NCBI GenBank assembly: GCA_048938855.1 | Contig: JBHLLT010000020.1 | Coordinates: 1-52,612, forward strand | DNA length: 52,612 bases | Source: Promethearchaeota archaeon | Lineage (GTDB): Archaea > Asgardarchaeota > Lokiarchaeia > Sigyniarchaeales > SOKP01 | Reading direction: 5' to 3' | Shown here: positions 49,359 through 52,612 of the stretch, in pieces | Layout: every line of letters starts with the position of its first letter | How positions within the stretch are numbered: position 1 is the first letter of the stretch | Program-made: the position numbers and the translations under genes | Notes under the pieces: model-generated | The model's database searches: none | Seen by the model: only the letters and a program-made list of their open reading frames with translations | What the model was told of the DNA's origin: nothing

Positions 49359-49578
49359 TACGCATCAAAATTAATATCAATATTGTTTTTACTAATATTC
49401 TTAATGTTAATAGTAAAATTACGCTATATTAAATATTATTTTTTTTTGCAAAAATAAACTTTATCTAATTGAGACAGTATTTATTAATTAGTAATTAATA
49501 AACATGTAGAAAAAGAGTAAATTAAAGAGATCATTAGCAACAAATCAAAAAACAGAATCTTTAAGTCCAGTAAATAAA

Positions 49579-50784
49579 ATGTCAGATAATAGAATTCCGG
49601 AGAATCTTGTTATATGTATAGATACATCAAGATCGATGTTTAGAAAGGATTTCAGCCCTAATCGGTTAAGTTGTTGTATTTCTGCGGCAAAAACATTGAT
49701 AAAGGAAAGATTCAATAAAGATAGTTTAAGCGCATTTGCGTTAATAAAATATTCTAATAAACCTAAGAAGTTAGTTGAATTTACGACTGCTAGTTTCAAA
49801 AATATACTTGATAAAGCTTTGAATTCATTAAATTGTGGAGGATATTCTGCGATGGGTGATGCAATGGCATTATCAATAAAAACATTAATAGCTGAATTAC
49901 GTAAAATTGGTGCTAAATCTCCTAGGATAGTTCTGATTTCAGATGGAAATTATATGAAGTCTGCTGTTGATCCTTTAAAAATGGCACGCCTAGCTCAAGG
50001 GCTAAATATTAGAATTGACAGTTTTGGGCTAGGAAATGCGAGTAAAGGTAATATCTTAAAAAAAATAAGCGATATCACAGGTGGAAGATATTTTTATAGT
50101 AATGATCACGAGTCCTTAATTAGATCCGCAAAAGAGATTGCAGATGATAATTATAAAAAGTATGGAACTGAGCAAAATAATCTTATAGACAACCCTGCAT
50201 TTCTAAGAAAAATTGCAGCCGATTTACTAAGAGTTCAAGATTTAACAAAAGATCAAGAACAGCGTTTAAAACAAATTCGAGGAGAAGTTGATTTTAAAAA
50301 ATGTTCTATTTGCTTTTCTGATCAAAATCCTTATACAAAAGGTTCTTTTTATATTACAGGAAGGTATTGTCCTAATTGTACTACGCCTTACCATATTCAT
50401 TGTTTAGCAGCATGGGCAGACTCTCAAAAAGATCATCAGATAAGAAAATCTGCTACTACACGATGTCCTCATTGCTTTTATCTCTTAAAAATTCCTATAG
50501 AAGTCTCACAAATCCAAAAATTACGCACACTTACAAAAGGTTTACAAGAAGAGATTATTAAAAAACCTGAAATTATGCCTGCTAAATATATACAAGATAT
50601 TGGGTTATTAGGAGAGGAAGCTCTATTTAATGCATGTCCTGTGTGTCATCTAATCTTTGAGAAAGGGCAAGCAGCCGTACAATGTGGGAATCTTCAATGC
50701 AATGCTCTTTATCATGAGGAGTGTTTTAAGAAATTAAAAGAAGGTCATTGTCGTAATTGTGACGTCAAATTGCATCTGTTTTAA
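49579..50784 (+). CDS. vWA domain plus two C4HC3-type (RING-variant/PHD-like) zinc fingers
   Basis: MIDAS DTSRSM..KDFSPNRL, LISDG and TGGRYF. Finger 1: CSIC..CPNC..YH..C..W..CPHC. Finger 2: CPVC..C...C..YH..C..CRNC. Confidence 0.85.
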   Translation: MSDNRIPENLVICIDTSRSMFRKDFSPNRLSCCISAAKTLIKERFNKDSLSAFALIKYSNKPKKLVEFTTASFKNILDKALNSLNCGGYSAMGDAMALSIKTLIAELRKIGAKSPRIVLISDGNYMKSAVDPLKMARLAQGLNIRIDSFGLGNASKGNILKKISDITGGRYFYSNDHESLIRSAKEIADDNYKKYGTEQNNLIDNPAFLRKIAADLLRVQDLTKDQEQRLKQIRGEVDFKKCSICFSDQNPYTKGSFYITGRYCPNCTTPYHIHCLAAWADSQKDHQIRKSATTRCPHCFYLLKIPIEVSQIQKLRTLTKGLQEEIIKKPEIMPAKYIQDIGLLGEEALFNACPVCHLIFEKGQAAVQCGNLQCNALYHEECFKKLKEGHCRNCDVKLHLF

Positions 50785-50811
50785 TAAGTTACCCCAAAAA
50801 TATCATATCTC

Positions 50812-51060
50812 TTACTTATTTTTTAGTTTCATCGTTATATCTATTTCCGAAATTAAATAGCATAACACATCATAAGTCGGGCCTGAAAAGAAAATTTCTG
50901 CCGCTTTTTCTCTTATTTTTTCTTGCTGATTATATGCTGGGTCCCTTTGAATAAATAGTTGCCTTTCTGCTAGCATCCAGCAGAGTTTATCATAAGTGTA
51001 TCCTTTTTCAGCCAAAAAATATGCAGCTACATTCACTTGTGAAATGATTTCATTATCCAT
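50812..51060 (-). CDS. Small protein with two DUF2934-like repeats
   Basis: VNVAAYFLAEKG.TYDKLCWMLAE and IREKAAEIFFSG.TYDVLCYLISE. Confidence 0.6.
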   Translation of the reverse strand: MDNEIISQVNVAAYFLAEKGYTYDKLCWMLAERQLFIQRDPAYNQQEKIREKAAEIFFSGPTYDVLCYLISEIDITMKLKNK

Positions 51061-51247
51061 TTTGATCAAATCTATTAATTTTTAGATTATTTATAATTCT
51101 TTTCTTATAATAGTTTCACGCTTATAAATTTGAAATATTTTTAAAGCTAAGAAAAATGTACAAAAATATCTCTCTTTTGAAAAGTAAGCAGATTAAATAG
51201 GTTTTTATTCCTATTATTTAGTATTAGATTTATTTGTTGATGTTAAA

Positions 51248-52132
51248 ATGAGTAATGCAGAATATTATACCTATGGAGATATAAAATTAGAGCGAGGAAA
51301 ATTTGATTTACCTCCAATACTTATTGGTACTATATTTTATCAGAATGAGACTTTTGTTGATAGGAAAAATCCTGAACAGTTTAACGCTCAAAAAGCAATT
51401 AAACGCATTGAAAAACATTTATCCTTATCAGAACAATATAAGATTCCTAATTTAGTAGAAATTTCTGCTACAACTCCTAACTCAATGGTTAGATATTTAG
51501 AGTTTTATTTAGATCATTTTAAACCTCCTTTCATATTGGGAGGTAATTTTGAGTCAAGGGTAGCAGGAATCGAATATCTTAGAGAAAATGGAATAAAACC
51601 AGAAGAATATGTATATAATTCAATTTCAAATCTAAAAAACAAGAAAGAAGTAGAAGTTTTACGGAAAAATAAGATAAAATCGGCACTATTATTGATTCTT
51701 GGTTCTGAAAACATGACTTCTACCCAAAGATATTCATACATTACTGAAAGAAATCAACCTAATAATCTTAATTTAATTGATGGATTAAAACAAAGTGGAA
51801 TTGAAAGAATTTGGATTGATGGGGGTGTTATTAATTTAGAAAGTTTAGCTCATATCTTGGAAACTCAACAATTAATCAGTAAATCTTTGAGATTGCCGGT
51901 TGGAACGGCACCAAACCTTTTTCTTTTTCAATACTCATCTCCTAGGTTAAATGTTAAATTTCACACCCGATATAGAAGAGCTAGTATTATGTTTATTGTA
52001 ACTTGGTTCTCAAACTTCATATTTTATGGTGCAATTGAGGATGCTCAAGAATCCTTTGCATCTGCCTATCAATCATTACAATTTAGAGACATAGTAAAAT
52101 CAAGGAATATTAAGCTCTTTAAGCAATATTAG
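51248..52132 (+). CDS. mtrH: MtrH-like pterin-binding methyltransferase, divergent
   Basis: PPILIGTIFY...F....A, R.AG, YNSI, GIERIWID, LPVGTAPN and FIFYGAIE.A follow the MtrH pattern. Confidence 0.72.
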   Translation: MSNAEYYTYGDIKLERGKFDLPPILIGTIFYQNETFVDRKNPEQFNAQKAIKRIEKHLSLSEQYKIPNLVEISATTPNSMVRYLEFYLDHFKPPFILGGNFESRVAGIEYLRENGIKPEEYVYNSISNLKNKKEVEVLRKNKIKSALLLILGSENMTSTQRYSYITERNQPNNLNLIDGLKQSGIERIWIDGGVINLESLAHILETQQLISKSLRLPVGTAPNLFLFQYSSPRLNVKFHTRYRRASIMFIVTWFSNFIFYGAIEDAQESFASAYQSLQFRDIVKSRNIKLFKQY

Positions 52133-52301
52133 TAAAACAATATATTAACTTTTAAAGACAAATCCATAAAGAAATTTAGAACTCTATTATAAAAAGCTAT
52201 TAATACTAAGATTTTAATATCTTAATTAAGTTAAAGTAAATTGTATCGATTTTATAATAAATTCTTTATGCGTATTTCTTATTATTTAAGGAGAAAAACA
52301 T

Positions 52302-52612
52302 ATGATCAATAATAATTTTGATGATGAAAAAGAGTTAGAAGCAATCAGACTAATTGATCAAGCAGAGACTCTCGCAGATCGGGGGAAAGGAAAAGAAGCA
52401 ATCCAAATTTATGAAAAAGCCGCATCAATCTACCTTGATCTTGGTAGTTATCTTAAATTGGATGAATTATATATCAGAATTATACAAATTATATCGCAAT
52501 TTAAAAATAATATTCAAGCTATTTATAGATTAAAATCAATCATCAGAAAAACTGAAGAATTAAAACTTTACGAAGTATCCGCTAAGTTATTGATTCAATT
52601 AGGAAATATTTC
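52302..52612 (+). CDS. TPR / SNAP-like helical repeat protein, 3'-truncated
   Basis: AAGGAG lies upstream of ATG 52302. The frame is open to the window end: MINNNFDDEKELEAIRLIDQAETLADRGKGKEAIQIYEKAASIYLDLG...SAKLLIQLGNI. Confidence 0.7.
   Translation, partial: MINNNFDDEKELEAIRLIDQAETLADRGKGKEAIQIYEKAASIYLDLGSYLKLDELYIRIIQIISQFKNNIQAIYRLKSIIRKTEELKLYEVSAKLLIQLGNI

Noticed and set aside
152-51741. Numerous short antisense or alternate-frame ORFs in the track (e.g. 152-385, 1110-1349, 1794-2207, 8965-9147, 12882-13250, 13302-13646, 17933-18283, 32392-32688, 44056-44406, 49545-49799)
   Set aside because: They lie within well-supported genes, have no motifs, and look like reverse-frame shadows.
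1-52612. CRISPR array, tRNA/rRNA genes, IS elements or integrases
   Set aside because: I saw no regularly spaced repeats, GC-rich cloverleaf or rRNA-like tracts, or transposase motifs by eye. A covariance-model search was not possible.

Overview
AT-rich, gene-dense archaeal chromosomal window. The content points to an Asgard archaeon, most likely Lokiarchaeia (inference). Supporting genes include a RadA with a Rad51-like GEYRTGKT P-loop, tRNA-splicing endonuclease, an A/V-type ATPase operon, CdhA, MtrH-like, Arf/Rag-type small GTPases fused to longin/roadblock-like domains, a V4R/TRAPP-like protein and a vWA-RING protein. Main blocks: (1) a full A/V-ATPase operon in the order K-C-H/G-F-E-A-B-D-I, followed by a small membrane Zn-ribbon gene and a second subunit A whose catalytic GER motif reads GEP; (2) a MEMO1/coiled-coil/PfkB/hydrolase/3xOsmC run; (3) radA; (4) three tandem DppB permeases with no partner genes; (5) an alpha-glucan/sugar-nucleotide region (GH57 branching enzyme, degenerate phosphohexomutase, NDP-sugar pyrophosphorylase, GalT-like); (6) eukaryote-signature-like GTPase, V4R and vWA-RING genes; (7) scattered Wood-Ljungdahl genes. 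Several genes (atpE, atpD, GalT-like) appear to start at ATT codons upstream of the ORF-track starts. I found no CRISPR array, tRNA, rRNA or IS element. All family calls come from motif recognition by eye, not from database searches.
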